Below, one piece after another: positions 22,958-37,088 of a stretch of 64,000 nt of DNA. Position numbers and translations under genes: made by a program. Source of the DNA: Octopus vulgaris (Eukaryota); contig OX597819.1 in NCBI GenBank assembly GCA_951406725.2, positions 68,882,001-68,946,000 on the forward strand, written 5' to 3'. Under the pieces are notes generated by a model, which saw only the letters and a program-made list of their open reading frames with translations, was not told the DNA's origin and did not search any database. Each line of letters begins with the position of its first letter. The first letter of the stretch is position 1.

Positions 22958-25900
22958 TCTATGTTTGACTTTTGCTTTATATTTGTACAAGTTGGCTCCA
23001 AGTCTCACCCAGAGACCTCAAGAGACAACAGGGTTGGAAGTTCATGTTGTTGTTATGCCTAGTGTGCCATATATTTGGGGGGTGGGGATGTTGTACTAAT
23101 GAATGTCTAAAAAAAAAAAAAAAAGTTTTTTTTTTTTTTTTTTTTTAACCGAAAATTATGGTTGTTTTAAACCTTGAGGTTACATAGAGAGTATTTTGCG
23201 TAGGATATGAGCAGTTCCCATGAGCACTATCTTTTGAACTTCTGCCATTTTTGGGTTTCCTGGTATCTGAGTTAGGTAGCTATCAGCCCCTTTTGCTATC
23301 ATTCCCAGGGCACCTATGACAACAGGTATTGTTTTAGTCTTCAGCTTCCACATTTTGCTGATTTCTATTTCAAGATCTTTATATTTGCTCAGTTTTTGGT
23401 AGGTCCTGACAGATACGTTTATATCGATTGGGACAGTCATATCAATGAGGAGGCATGTTCTTTGTTTGAAGTCTTTCAATATGATGTCTGGCCTATTTGC
23501 ATCTATCTTCCTGTCAGTTTGAATGGTGAAGTTCCAGAGGAGTGAGATGTGGTCATTTTCAAGCACTGGGGTGGTTTGTGTTCCCACCAGTTTTTTTCAT
23601 GGGGCAAATCCAGGTTTTTACAGATTACCCAGTGAATATATTGTGCAGCTCTATCGTGCCTGTTGAGATACTCTGTAGGCGCTAGAAGACTGCACTTGGA
23701 GACCACATGGTCAATGGTTTCATTTTGTTGCTTGCATACACGACACGTTGGACTGCTTCTGATCTTTAATATGTTGGCCTGGTAGTTTCTTGTTGGTAGG
23801 CATTGATCTTGAGCTGCTATGATAAACCCCTCTGTTTCAGATTTTAAGCCAGAGGCCATTAGCCATTGATGGGTCAGGGCTTTGTCGATATCTGCATTAT
23901 TCGCTCTCTTTGGGTATTTGCCATAGAGAGGTTTTTCTTGCCATTTATTATTCAGAATATCTAAGGCCGCAGTTTTGGCACGGGTTTTCATGCGCCTAGC
24001 TTTTTCTGTGCTTGTTTCTTGTATGTCTATCTCTAATTCCGAAATTGGTTGTATTCGGAATTCACTTAGATATTCCTTTGCCTGTTTTGTGACTGAGTAT
24101 GATGCTTTCTTGTTTTCATGTTTTGAGACAAGTTTTAACATCCAGTCCTCAGAGTTTTTCAGGTAGGTGTCTAGGCCAATTGTAGCAATCTTCATTGTTA
24201 TTGCCAGTTGCAAAAGACCACGGCCTCCCTCTTTTCTTGGCAGATAGAGTCGTTCTGTATCTTCCTTAGGGTGGTGCATTCTATGCATTGTCAACAGTTT
24301 CCTTATTTTTCTGTCGAGCTGACATATTTCAGTAATTGACCAGTTAACAATATTGAAACTGTAAGTCACGACTGGTATAGCTAATGCATTGATTGCTTCG
24401 ATCCTGTTTCTTGCATTCAGCTCTGTCTTGAGTATTGCTCTCACTCTTCGATAGCATTCTCTCCTGATCCTTTCCTTCATCTCTGAATGCCTTATTCCGT
24501 TCCCTTCAATTACCCCTAGGTACTTGTAGCTCTCCGCTGGGTCTAGTTCTTTTTATGACATTCTGTTGGTCAAGGTTAACGTTAGATGTTTCTGTCATTT
24601 TTCCTTTGATAAAGGTAGCCTTTGCACATTTATCGAGGCCGAATTGCATTCTGATGTCGTCACTGAATTGTTTGACTATCGCTAGTAAGCCCTTGAATTG
24701 TTGATCATTTTTTGCAAAAAGCTTTAAATCATCCATGTAAACGAGATGATTTATATTTTTATCAAACATTTTATACCCGTACTGCACGTCATTGAGCAGC
24801 TTTGAGAGAGGTATTAAGGATAAACAAAAGAGGAGTGGTGACAGTGAGTCACCCTGGAAAATGCCACACGAAATTTTTACATCACCAGCATTTAGGGATT
24901 CACTGTCACTGTTCAGAGTTAGTGTGGTTCTCCATGATCTCATACTTACAGTCAAGAAGTTTCGCAGAGTTGGTGCTATCTTATACATTTCAAGGCATTT
25001 CCTAATCCAGCTATGTGGTAGGCTATCAAAAGCCTTTTTATAGTCTATCCAGGCTATTGATAAGTTTTGGTGTCGTTTGTGACAATCTTCTAAGATCATC
25101 TTATTGATGAGTAGTTGGTCTTTACAGCCGTAGGATCCACGTTTACATCCTTTCTGTTCATTAGGGAATATGCTGCTGTCTGTTAAAAAACTATAGGTAT
25201 ATTCCGTCAGGACAGATGTTAGTGTTTTGTACATAGTTGTTAAGCAGGTTATGGGTCTATAGTTTTTTGGTTCATTTGTTTCTTCACTTTTTGGAAGCAG
25301 GAATGTTAACCCATTAACTAGCCAAGGAGGCATCCTACTAGGGTGTTGCAAAACATCATTGTACAGTTCTGTTAGCAGTTCATGGCTCTCTGGGAAGGCA
25401 TTCAGCCAGAAGTTAGGAATTTTATCCTTTCCTGGAGACTTCCATTTGCTTGACCTCCTGAGAGCAGATCTTATATCTTCTACCTTGACACCCTCCCACT
25501 TTTGCTCTTCTAAGGGGTCCAGTTCTGTAGATATTCTGTCAATCCAGGGGGCCTTTTCGTTGTGTGTTTTTCTTCTGCCCAGATTTTATTCCAAAATCTC
25601 TGCACTTCTTCTTTTGATGGTACAGACCCTGCAGTAAACGCTGTTTTTCCTATCTTCCTGTAAAAATTCTTGGTGTTATTTTTGAACATGTTGTTGTCCT
25701 TGAAAAATCTAACACGCTTTTCATACCTCGCTATGCGGGCAGCTTTGGCAGATACCTTTTGTTTGATGGTTTCTATGGTGGCATCAATATCAAGTATAGT
25801 TTTCATATTGTATTTTTCAGTAATTTTTGGGTTTTTGTAGGTTTGGTAGTCTTGTGAGCCTTAAGGTTTTTCAAATATTCAATGTCAGATCTAATTACTT

Positions 25901-27886
25901 TAATTTGTTGTTGCAGACGCTCTTGCCAAGAAGGCTTTTTGTGGGAATGTTGCCGTTTTCTAATCTTTACACCACATAGGATCGTTGAGATTTTCGCGGA
26001 TGCATAGTATAGGTGGTTGAGGTTTGTGATATCAACATCATTAACTGAAATTATATCCTTAAGTGCAAGCCGGATTTTACCAATTATTTTCATGTTTTGG
26101 TTAGAGTTGCGGATTTTAGGAAGTGTATCACGCTCATCCATGCTGGTTTCTTTAATTTTCAGCCATTCAATCATGATTTGATTTTTTAGCTCATGTAGTT
26201 CTGTTGGGTCAATATTTGTGTGACTTTCTTTATCTATTTGATGCTCATCTGTCTTAGTGTTTATGATTGGTTCAGGGCGTATTTCACTTTGCCTATCACT
26301 TATACTAACTCTTTCAATCCTCTCTTCGTTTTTATCCGCCCTGGGCTGGTCTATAATCATTTCCTCTGTATTATCTTCTCTAGCTGCAGCTTCGTTCATT
26401 TTATCCGATATTGCTTGTCTAACCTGATCAATCTCTACTTCAGTCAGTAATTTCTTTTTTATAATGTTTCTTCTAACATTGGCAAGCTTGTTACTGTCTA
26501 TGTAGGGTCTTACTTCAGGGTGTTTCTGTCTCCAGTTTAAGTATGCTTGTACAGTGCTAGACTTATCTGTGGGGAAATATATGGCATGGTAGAAGGCCTC
26601 AAGAACTTCTTTATTATCTTCCCTAGACCATTTTTCCTTCTTTTTCTTTTGATTATTTGGTGATGAGCATGGATGGCCATCTGTTGGAATATTCCGGTTG
26701 TGGGGTTCGTCCAGCTCCTGTGTGTTGGGAAGATTTGATCCAGTAACTGATTTTTCAATCAGGATTTGGTTCAATTTTCGGGTACGTGGTCTTTTGTAAT
26801 CCGCGCAATGACCAATGCGGTTTATTGTTTGATTTGTTGACCTTGAAGCATGACGAGCATCCATTCTTATATTAGGAGATGGATCTGTCAGTTTAGGGTT
26901 CACTACATGTAAGCATTGCTCATAGCGCCGCTTCTTAAGACTAGCAGATCTATATTCGTCTGTATTTTTTTGTTGATAGTTTTATCTCCGGACATTTTTT
27001 TTTTCCTCCTTTCCTCCTCTTCCTTTCTTCAAGGCTTACTGTGTCTGTATTAGTTCGAAATAATGAGAATAAAATACGGAGAAGGAAACGAAAAGAAAGG
27101 GAAAAAGACGGGATCTGTCAGTTATTATTGTTATTACTATCATCTTCACCACCATCACCATCATCAGCAACATCACCATCACCATCATCATCTTCAATGT
27201 GTAGCCACAGCCACCATCAACACTCCATTGTGTTGGAGAATGGGTGGTTAAAGAATTCATGTTCTTTGGGTCTATAAATAGCCACGGTAGATGGTGGAGA
27301 CAAAGGACGTTAATGGTCAGTAAAAGGTCAAACCTGTTTACGTTTATTTATTTATTTTTTTTTTCGTTCTCTTTTCTTCTTCACCACATGCATATGTATA
27401 TGTATATATATGTATATTCACTCACACATATTATCTGATGTTTTCGTCGAAGATTTTTTTTTTTTTTTAAATAACTTTCTGAGTTCAATGTTATGTATAT
27501 ATTTTTACATTTCTGAATTCAGTTGTATGTATATAGTAGTAGGTGCTTAATTCCATAACTTTTTATCGTGCATTTAATTGTGTTGTTACAATAAAAGGTA
27601 ATTTAAAAGGCAATTTTACACATTCTTATAGTCATGAGAGACGACTAAATGTAAATGTTCACACAGAATTGGAGATATGTATGTTTCTAATTTTTCTTGT
27701 TAGGTGTACGTTTGTATGAGCTGTAGATATGTAAGTTTTTTTTTTACTTATTTTGAGGGTAATTCAAATTACTTACAGAAAACAGTAGATCTTCCAGTTT
27801 TCTACAGTTGACCTGCTGGGTTCGCTGTTGCCAGTTCAGAGCATCGTAAAAATACGTCCATCCTCTGTCACGTCCAGCCGCCTTCC
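22958..27886 (-). mobile_element. Near-full-length R4/Dong-type RLE non-LTR retrotransposon (family 1); 5' boundary uncertain
   Basis: 3' end abuts (TAA)n at ~22933-22957; coding region 23180-26864; candidate 5' end abuts (TTA)n starting at 27887. Confidence 0.8.
23180..26864 (-). pseudogene. Single-ORF RT-RLE polyprotein (~1200 aa) split by about 4 frameshifts
   Basis: N-terminal KWSREDN...LANVRRNI segment; RT motifs YRPITCL, WIDYKKAFDS, GIFQGDSLSPLLF, YMDDLKLF, FGLDKC; zinc knuckle CRVC..ETIDHVVSKC; RHD; RLE RPDIILKD..IDMTVP..KLSKY. First ATG at 26864, stop at 23180. Confidence 0.95.
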
Positions 27887-28115
<229 letters not shown>

Positions 28116-28156
28116 CCAGGTAACTGCCTGGAATCGAACTCGGAATTTTGGAGTTA
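28116..28156 (-). other. tRNA-like head 3' fragment with B box
   Basis: Minus: taactccaaaattccGAGTTCGATTCCaggcagttacctgg, followed by (TAA)n; overlaps the 22087-22145 fragment. Confidence 0.6.
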
Positions 28157-29196
28157 TTATTATTCAGGAAGAATGGAAAAGTCTTTGGCGCTTGAAGCCT
28201 AAGTTCTTCGACAGAAAGGGATTAGAGGGAAAATGGGAGAGAGACAGAAGAAATACAAAGAGAAAAAATGTGTCGTTGACGGTTTAGCATGATGATGATG
28301 ATGATGATGATAACGTGCGTGCGTGTGTGTGTGTGTGTGTTCAAGAGCAACCCTTCCTCAACAATACCGTCTTTTTTTCATATAATATATTGGATACTGC
28401 ATTATCAAATATAATTTGCGCCTGCGCAAGTTTGAAGGTTGTGGGATAAGATCTGAAGGAGATGTGGCTGGTTGTTCAGTCGACGAGATTGAACAAGAGG
28501 AAAAGTGTTATATTATTTGGTAGTTACTGTAGTTTGTTAGGAAGATATGTTATTAGATAGATATATAATACTTTATTCATGAGAAGCTGTCTTCTGAGGA
28601 AATTTTCGTGTCACCTTAAAATTAATATTTAAAATCAATTCTTTATACTTTTATACTTCCTCTAAGAGTGTGTATGATAGCGTCGTTGGAATAGAGTGAA
28701 ATCGGCTGATACGTTGAATAATCCGAGATGGAGAAGTCTTTTTGAGATGATGTGTTTACGTTCAAATATCGCAATAATGTTTTTGGCTTGGTTCCAAATT
28801 CTCCATTGTAAAATATCGTACAGAAACATAGCGAGCAGTGAAATTGAGCAATTTAATTTCTTAATCTGATGTTCTACCCGACACAGCATATTTATTCTGT
28901 TAAGCAAGAGACACCTTTATAATTTAACTTGCCTCAGTCATTGGACGGTGGCCATGCTGAGGCACCGCCTGATACGTTTAATTGTAAAAAAATCAACACC
29001 ATCGATTATAGTTGTCTGACTCTGGTACTTATTCTACCGAATTCTTTTGCCGAAGTGCTAGATCACTTGGACATAAACACACAAACACATCTTGTCAAAC
29101 AGTTGTGCGGGACAAACAGAGTCACACATATACATACATACACACAAACATACATACATAAATACATAGATACATAAATACATACATATATAGATA

Positions 29197-29430
29197 CAGT
29201 TCTATATTTAAGAGATGGGGAATTATGTACATTATTTATATTATTTAAATTTGACGGATATTTGTCCTGATCTTGTCCTGATCTTGTCCTGTTAACACAA
29301 CGTTTCTGCTGATATACCCTCCAGCCTTCTTCAGGTGACTTCGAGAAATTTCAAATCTGGGTTCTCATTCCTAAGTTATTTTTCGATGTTATTGATGATG
29401 ATGATGATGATGATAATAATAATAATAATA

Positions 29431-29489
<59 letters not shown>

Positions 29490-29645
29490 AACATCGAAAA
29501 ATACCTTAGGAATGAGAAGTCAGGTCCGAAATTTCCCCAAGACACAAGATAAAGACTGGAGGGTATATCAGCCGAAACGTTGTGTTAACAACAAAAAAGA
29601 TGAGGACAAATATCCGTCAAATGTAAATAATGTAAATGATGTATA
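29197..29645 (-). mobile_element. Second copy of the hammerhead-bearing foldback element (no head, no nested insertion)
   Basis: Inverted arms ~29197-29390 and ~29490-29645 around a (GAT)n(AAT)n centre; same arm sequence and long/short asymmetry as 20624-22399. Confidence 0.85.
29295..29337 (-). ncRNA. Minimal hammerhead ribozyme motif
   Basis: cac-CTGAAGA-a-ggctg-gagggtatat-cagca-GAAA-CGTT-gtgt. Confidence 0.65.
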
Positions 29646-29977
29646 AATGCGCACATATATACTTAAATGCATACATAAATACATACATACATAAATACAT
29701 ACATATATAAAACATACATACATAAATACATACATATAAAAATACATATATCCATACACATACATAATACATACATACATACATACATACATACATACAT
29801 ACATACATACATACATTCACATAAATACATCATATATTTATAATGGCGGAAACTGTGTTTGACCTTCTGGTCGATAACTGATGAAGAGTCTGGGAGCTTG
29901 TAAGTTTTCTTTTCGTCTGTGTATTTAGGATACGTTCGTTTGTTTACTTAATACATGTTTTTTAAAAATGATATGTA

Positions 29978-30207
29978 TTCTTTTATTTGTTTCAGTCATT
30001 TCAGTGTAGCTATGTTGGAGGACCGTCTCGACTCCAGAACTTATATTTTGTAAACCTACTACGTATTCTATCGGCCTCTTTTACCGAACCGCTAAGTTAC
30101 GGGGTCGTAAACGAACCGGCATCAGTTATCAAGCGATGTTGGGAGAACAAACAGACACAGAAACATGCACACACATGTGTATACATATATATATATATAC
30201 ATACACA

Positions 30208-30244
<37 letters not shown>

Positions 30245-30392
30245 ACTATAGGTTTCTTTCAGTTTCCGTCTGTCAAATCCACTCATAAGGCTTTGGTTGG
30301 CCCGAGGCTATAGTACAAGACACTTGCCCAAGGTGCTACGCAGTGGAACTGAAGCTGGAACCATGTGATTGGTATGCAAGCTTCCTGCACCT
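29978..30392 (-). mobile_element. tRNA-derived SINE family A
   Basis: Reverse-complement match to 9243-9662. Confidence 0.88.
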
Positions 30393-30403
30393 ATGTATGT
30401 ATT

Positions 30404-30456
<53 letters not shown>

Positions 30457-30619
30457 GTGCGTGTGTGTGTGTGTTTGTCCCCCGTAACTTAGCGGTTCAC
30501 GTATGTGTGTATATATATATATATACACACACAGATAGATAGATAAATAGATGCATACATACATATATGTGCAGGTGAGTGTATACATGTGTGTAAGTGA
30601 GTGCGTGCGTGTGTGTGTG

Positions 30620-31030
30620 GTGGGTAAAATTTACAACCATCTTTACCAAGAATATTGTTGTACGTTGTGGTCTCCCTACACGAAATAAATTACTACAAAT
30701 ATCGAAGCACCGCATTGATGAATCAGAAAAGAATCCAATAGACCTGACAATTCTTGAGTAATGGCTTAGATTCGAGAAACTCAAAAATCCGCTTCCAACT
30801 CGACGTGAGCACTATATTGTTTGTATGGTATCGAAAATTTTCCAGCTACATTGGTCAAATGATGTTGGCATTAATTGAAATTCCACCCAAGTCTTGGACC
30901 CCGTGTCATCGGTCATCTACGAAATTTAGGCTTCCATCGACATCACAAATTAAAGACAGAAATATTTCACTGCAACTGGTCCTGCGCTCTTTAACATCAT
31001 TCCGAGGCACAGAAGAGGAAAAAAAAATGA
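30620..31030 (+). mobile_element. Degraded CR1/L2-like LINE, 3' ORF2 relic
   Basis: Translates with stops as EYCCTLWSPY...RREHYIVCMVSKIF...GPALFNIIP, matching the LEYC..WSP...RRRERY...GPRLFN.LP pattern of CR1-type RT C-termini. Confidence 0.65.
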
Positions 31031-31189
31031 TTGCATAATGCTTTGATTGTAACATTGGCATAGGTGAAAATTTTATAAACAAAACATTCGAAAGAGATGT
31101 TTCAGAAATTCAGTCACTAGAACCATCCACACCGTGACACTTTCAGGGTATTTGACCATTTAACATACTACTATCATGGCACTCCCACA

Positions 31190-31316
31190 TTCTTCTTCTT
31201 CTTCTTCTTCTTCTTCTTCTTCTTCTTCTTCTTCTTCTTCTTCTTCTTCTTCTTCTTCTTCTTCTTCTTCTTCTTTTTCTTCTCCTTCCTCTTCCACTTC
31301 TTCTTCTTCCTCTTCC

Positions 31317-31347
<31 letters not shown>

Positions 31348-31385
31348 CTTCTTCTTCTTCTTCTTTTTCTTCTTCTTCCTCTTCC

Positions 31386-31416
<31 letters not shown>

Positions 31417-31418
31417 CC

Positions 31419-31449
<31 letters not shown>

Positions 31450-31543
31450 CTTTTTCTTCTTCTTCCTCTTCCACTTCTTCTTCTTCTTCTTCTTCTTTCT
31501 CTTCCTCTTCCACTTCTTCTTCTTCTTCTTCTTCTTCTTTTCT

Positions 31544-31575
<32 letters not shown>

Positions 31576-31636
31576 TTCTTCTTCTTCTTCTTCTTCTTCT
31601 TCTTCTTCTTCTTCTTCTTCTTCTTCTTCTTTTTCT
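31190..31636. repeat. (TTC)n polypyrimidine tract with variant interruptions
   Basis: Directly visible. Confidence 0.97.
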
Positions 31637-32023
31637 CTACCAAGAATTCACAGCGACCTCGAATCCACAAGAGTAAACAAGAGAAACAGAAACAAGGAAA
31701 ATGCCACTTGTATTTGAACACTTTGCAAATATTCTTTTAAAAATCTTTTCTTTTAATTTTTCCAAAATTTCATTATTTTCCATACATACAGTTGAAAAAG
31801 TTTCAAGGACTGAAACCACTGTACTGAAATATTTTTTTATAAAATCACTTCAGCATTTTCTACATTGACTATGTTTTCCATATATATCAATTCGTGTGTT
31901 CCTTTTCAACCTTCTACATATATATATACGACGAGCTTCTCTCAGTTTCCATCTACCAACTCCACTCAAAAGGCCATAGTAGAAGGCACTTGCCCAAGTT
32001 CTCACGGAATTATATATATACGT

Positions 32024-32661
<638 letters not shown>

Positions 32662-33145
32662 CATATATACTTATATATATACATACATACATACCTACAT
32701 ACATACATACAAACATACATACATACATGTATATATTATTTAACTAATATGTCCTAAGACAACTTCTTATGTGATGAACTTCAAATTGTGTATTTAACAA
32801 AAATAGTCAGAGCATTTATTTTTAATTCTGGGAGACGACTGAACATTTATATTGTTTCTCCGAATTATCCGTCGATATATCAATCTGTCTGAAGCTAATT
32901 TTTTTTTTCTTTCCTTGATACAGAAAGATACATTGATAGTTTGATTGATGGCAAGGAAAAAAAAATGATTGAGAAGAAGATGGGTGTGATATATATATGT
33001 GAATGTATGTGAATATGCAGAAGACTTAGTTGGATATAAAATCGGCGACTTTATACTGGAGACATATATGCACAGATATTTATATATAAAACATACACAG
33101 GTTACTGCAAACGCACACACACGCACACTCGAACAGACAATATTC

Positions 33146-33200
<55 letters not shown>

Positions 33201-33249
33201 TATACATTCATATATGTGTATGTATATACATTTATAAGTAGACATGTTT

Positions 33250-33292
<43 letters not shown>

Positions 33293-34239
33293 CTCACAAA
33301 CATCCGTATCTATACATATGTATATGTACTATTATATATGTATACATGCGTATATATATTTCCATGTATACACAGAGAGACACGCTCTCACACAGACACA
33401 CACAGACACACACATACACATTTCTATATGTACTGTTCTACATATACGTACTCCACTGTGGCTGTCTCCGTTTGTGTGCGCTGAGCCAATTATATCTTTT
33501 CATTTATTGGGAAAACAAGCCAAAATAAGAATGTCTTCTAAAGTGTGTTACATTATTGCCTTCTCCTGCAATTAGTTTAGTTAGAACACTCAGCCTACAC
33601 GTCGAGTATCACCCATATGCCTTCGTCTGTGTGAATATGCGTGTAAGTTTATGCATGTATGCATACAGCAAAATACACTTACACACTGACATAAGCATGT
33701 ATATGTGTATATATATATGTGTGTGTGTGTGTTTGTGTACGTGTGTGCGTGTGTGTGTTCGCAAATATGAGTGTATATATGTATGTGTGTGCGTGCTTAT
33801 GTATATGTCTACATGTACCGCTGTGGATCGATATATTCATTACTGTATATGTGTGTGTTTGTGTTTGTGTATGTGTGTGTGTGTGTTATGTGCGCATGTC
33901 TTTGTGTGTGTGTGGAGCGTTGTTATTTTAAGTCCCATGCTACAATATCTACACGCGCAATTTAAACAAGTAGATGGCTCCCATAGAATCAACAAACGCC
34001 AGTGTCACACATCACACGATGTACGCCCTCTAACCAAGCTTTGATAAACTAAGTACAGCGAAAAAAAAAAAAAAAAAACGTAAACACACGCACGAATACA
34101 TGAAAAAAAAAGCAGAAATCGAAAAGCGGTAGTTATAATAATGTTATGACTACGACGGTGACGACGATGACCAACATCCCCCCGCCAATCTTCACCCAAC
34201 CACCCCGCAATCGACACCATCCCTATCACAAATAAGAAA

Positions 34240-34476
34240 AACAACAGCACAACATCAGCAACAGCAGCAGCAACTTTGAGTGGCATCATAAAGAGAAAGA
34301 TGAGCAATTTCATCATCATCATCATCATCGACCTCAGCACCACCAATATCACCACGGCTACCATCAAAGTTTACACCTCCGCCATCACTACCAACATCCT
34401 CTCTACCACCTCCACCTCCACCATCACCACCATCTTCATCGTCACCGCCTTCCTCCTCCTCCTCATCATCATCATC

Positions 34477-34532
<56 letters not shown>

Positions 34533-35068
34533 TATCGTCGTCATCGACATCATCATCATTACCACAACCTCCACTACCTGTACTAACAAAACCACCACCA
34601 CCACCACCACCACCACCACCATCATCCTCGTCGTCGTCATCATCATCACAACAATCGCCACCATCTCTACTAACAAAACCACCGCCATCATGACCAGTAT
34701 CATCACCATCATCGTTATCATCATCATCATAATCATCATCATCGTCATCATCATCATCATCACAACAATCTCCCCCACCGCTGCTAATAAAACCACCACC
34801 GACCCCACCGAAAACACATCTGCTTCCATCGCCATCACCGGCATCCGTCTTATTCCTCGTCATCATCATTATGAACATCCACAAATTATAAAACTAAAAG
34901 AAAACAACAGCAACAACAACAACAACACAATACCTCCAATTTATCTAAACACTGGACACACCATTCCAATCTATCACTCGACACTCTTGTATGTAACGCT
35001 TCCAAATTTAGCCAATTCTTGCCTCTATACCAATATCTCTGAAGGTTTATTTATCTATTTCCTTACGC

Positions 35069-35161
<93 letters not shown>

Positions 35162-35163
35162 CA

Positions 35164-35221
<58 letters not shown>

Positions 35222-35222
35222 T

Positions 35223-35270
<48 letters not shown>

Positions 35271-35319
35271 ATTATTATTATTATTATTGCTGTTGTTGTT
35301 GTTATTATTATTTTCATTA

Positions 35320-35374
<55 letters not shown>

Positions 35375-35382
35375 TATTATTA

Positions 35383-35469
<87 letters not shown>

Positions 35470-35923
35470 TCTATGTTACTATCATCATCTTCATCGTCAT
35501 CATCATTATCAACATCATCATTATCATCATCATCATTAATATTATTATAATTATTATTGTTGTTGTTGTTGTTGTTGTTGTTGTTATAATTTACATTGAT
35601 GTTCTTGTGGTTGACGCTGCTGCTGCTGTTGTTGTTTTATAGTATATTTTTTGTTATTATTATTGTTATAATTGTTCTCATGTTTCAGAATTTTCTACAG
35701 ATAATTGTTATCAGCAATATTATCGATGTTCTTACTGGTGTCGATGTTATTATTATCAATGTCATCATCACCGTCGTCATCATCATCATCATCATCCTCA
35801 TCATCCTCATCATCATCATCCTCATCATCATCATCATCATCATCCTCACCGTCATCCTCACCATCATCACCATCATCATCATTATTATTATTGGTAGTAG
35901 TAGTAGTAGTAGTAGTATCATCA

Positions 35924-35954
<31 letters not shown>

Positions 35955-35983
35955 CTTCATTATCATTAATATTATTATTATTA

Positions 35984-36042
<59 letters not shown>

Positions 36043-36045
36043 GGT
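34240..36045. repeat. Large compound trinucleotide tract (CAT/CAC/TTA/TAG/GTT)
   Basis: Directly visible. Confidence 0.92.
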
Positions 36046-36294
36046 ACACACCCTCACCTCTGAGACTCCATCCATCAAATCTTCTCTTTATTATGTTACA
36101 GCTGAATATCTCAGTATTTGACTTTGTGTTTATTTTACTTATTTCTTCTTCTTCTTTAGACTTTTCATATTTGATTTGTTTTCTTATTCTCAATCACTAT
36201 TCTATCAGGTTAGGTTTCCATGCGTATTGATTATAAGCGCACCTACATACATACACACATACATACACACACGCATATATACATACATACATAC

Positions 36295-36343
<49 letters not shown>

Positions 36344-36375
36344 TATGTATGTGTATATTTATATGTATGTATATC

Positions 36376-36431
<56 letters not shown>

Positions 36432-36849
36432 TATATACACATATATATATTTATACACACACATATATATACATATATATATATATATGTATGTCTGTAT
36501 ATATGTATGTATATATAGATATAGATATATATTAACATATATATATATACAAATATATATGTGTATGTATGTATATATATATATATATATAAACATGTGT
36601 GTACGTGCGTGTTTGTGTGCGTGTGTGTGTGCGTCCATGTGTGTGTACATACAGACACGCCTATATAACTTTTAACTTTTCGTTGTATGTTTTTTTTTTC
36701 GATTTCCCCAATTTTAACAGCTTCTTCTTCGAAGTTTTTCCAGACGTTGCTCTTAGCTCCCATATTAATTGAACAATTTCTACTGTGAAGTGTAACCTAC
36801 TGATATTTGGACATCATTTCTTTGCCTTCCATATCCCTGTTATCTACCA

Positions 36850-36973
36850 ATCTCTCTCTCTCTCTCTCATTGGCTTTCTTTCTCTCTCTCTCTCCCTCTC
36901 TCTATTTCTATCTAACTATCTATTTATCTATCTAACTATCTATCTCTATATATCTATCTCGCTAGCTATCTCG

Positions 36974-37020
<47 letters not shown>

Positions 37021-37057
37021 ACTATCTACCTATCTATCTACCTATGTACCTTTCTAC

Positions 37058-37088
<31 letters not shown>

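Noticed and set aside
27777-27886. HDV-like 5' ribozyme expected for some RLE retrotransposons
   Set aside because: I could not identify the nested double-pseudoknot elements on the element strand by eye.
28170-28220. Hammerhead-like CTGTCGA motif on the minus strand
   Set aside because: There is no GAAA box and the core is non-canonical in this copy.
29878-29915. CTGATGA box (similar cases at 1704 and near 10668)
   Set aside because: No properly spaced helix II plus GAAA and helix I pairing.
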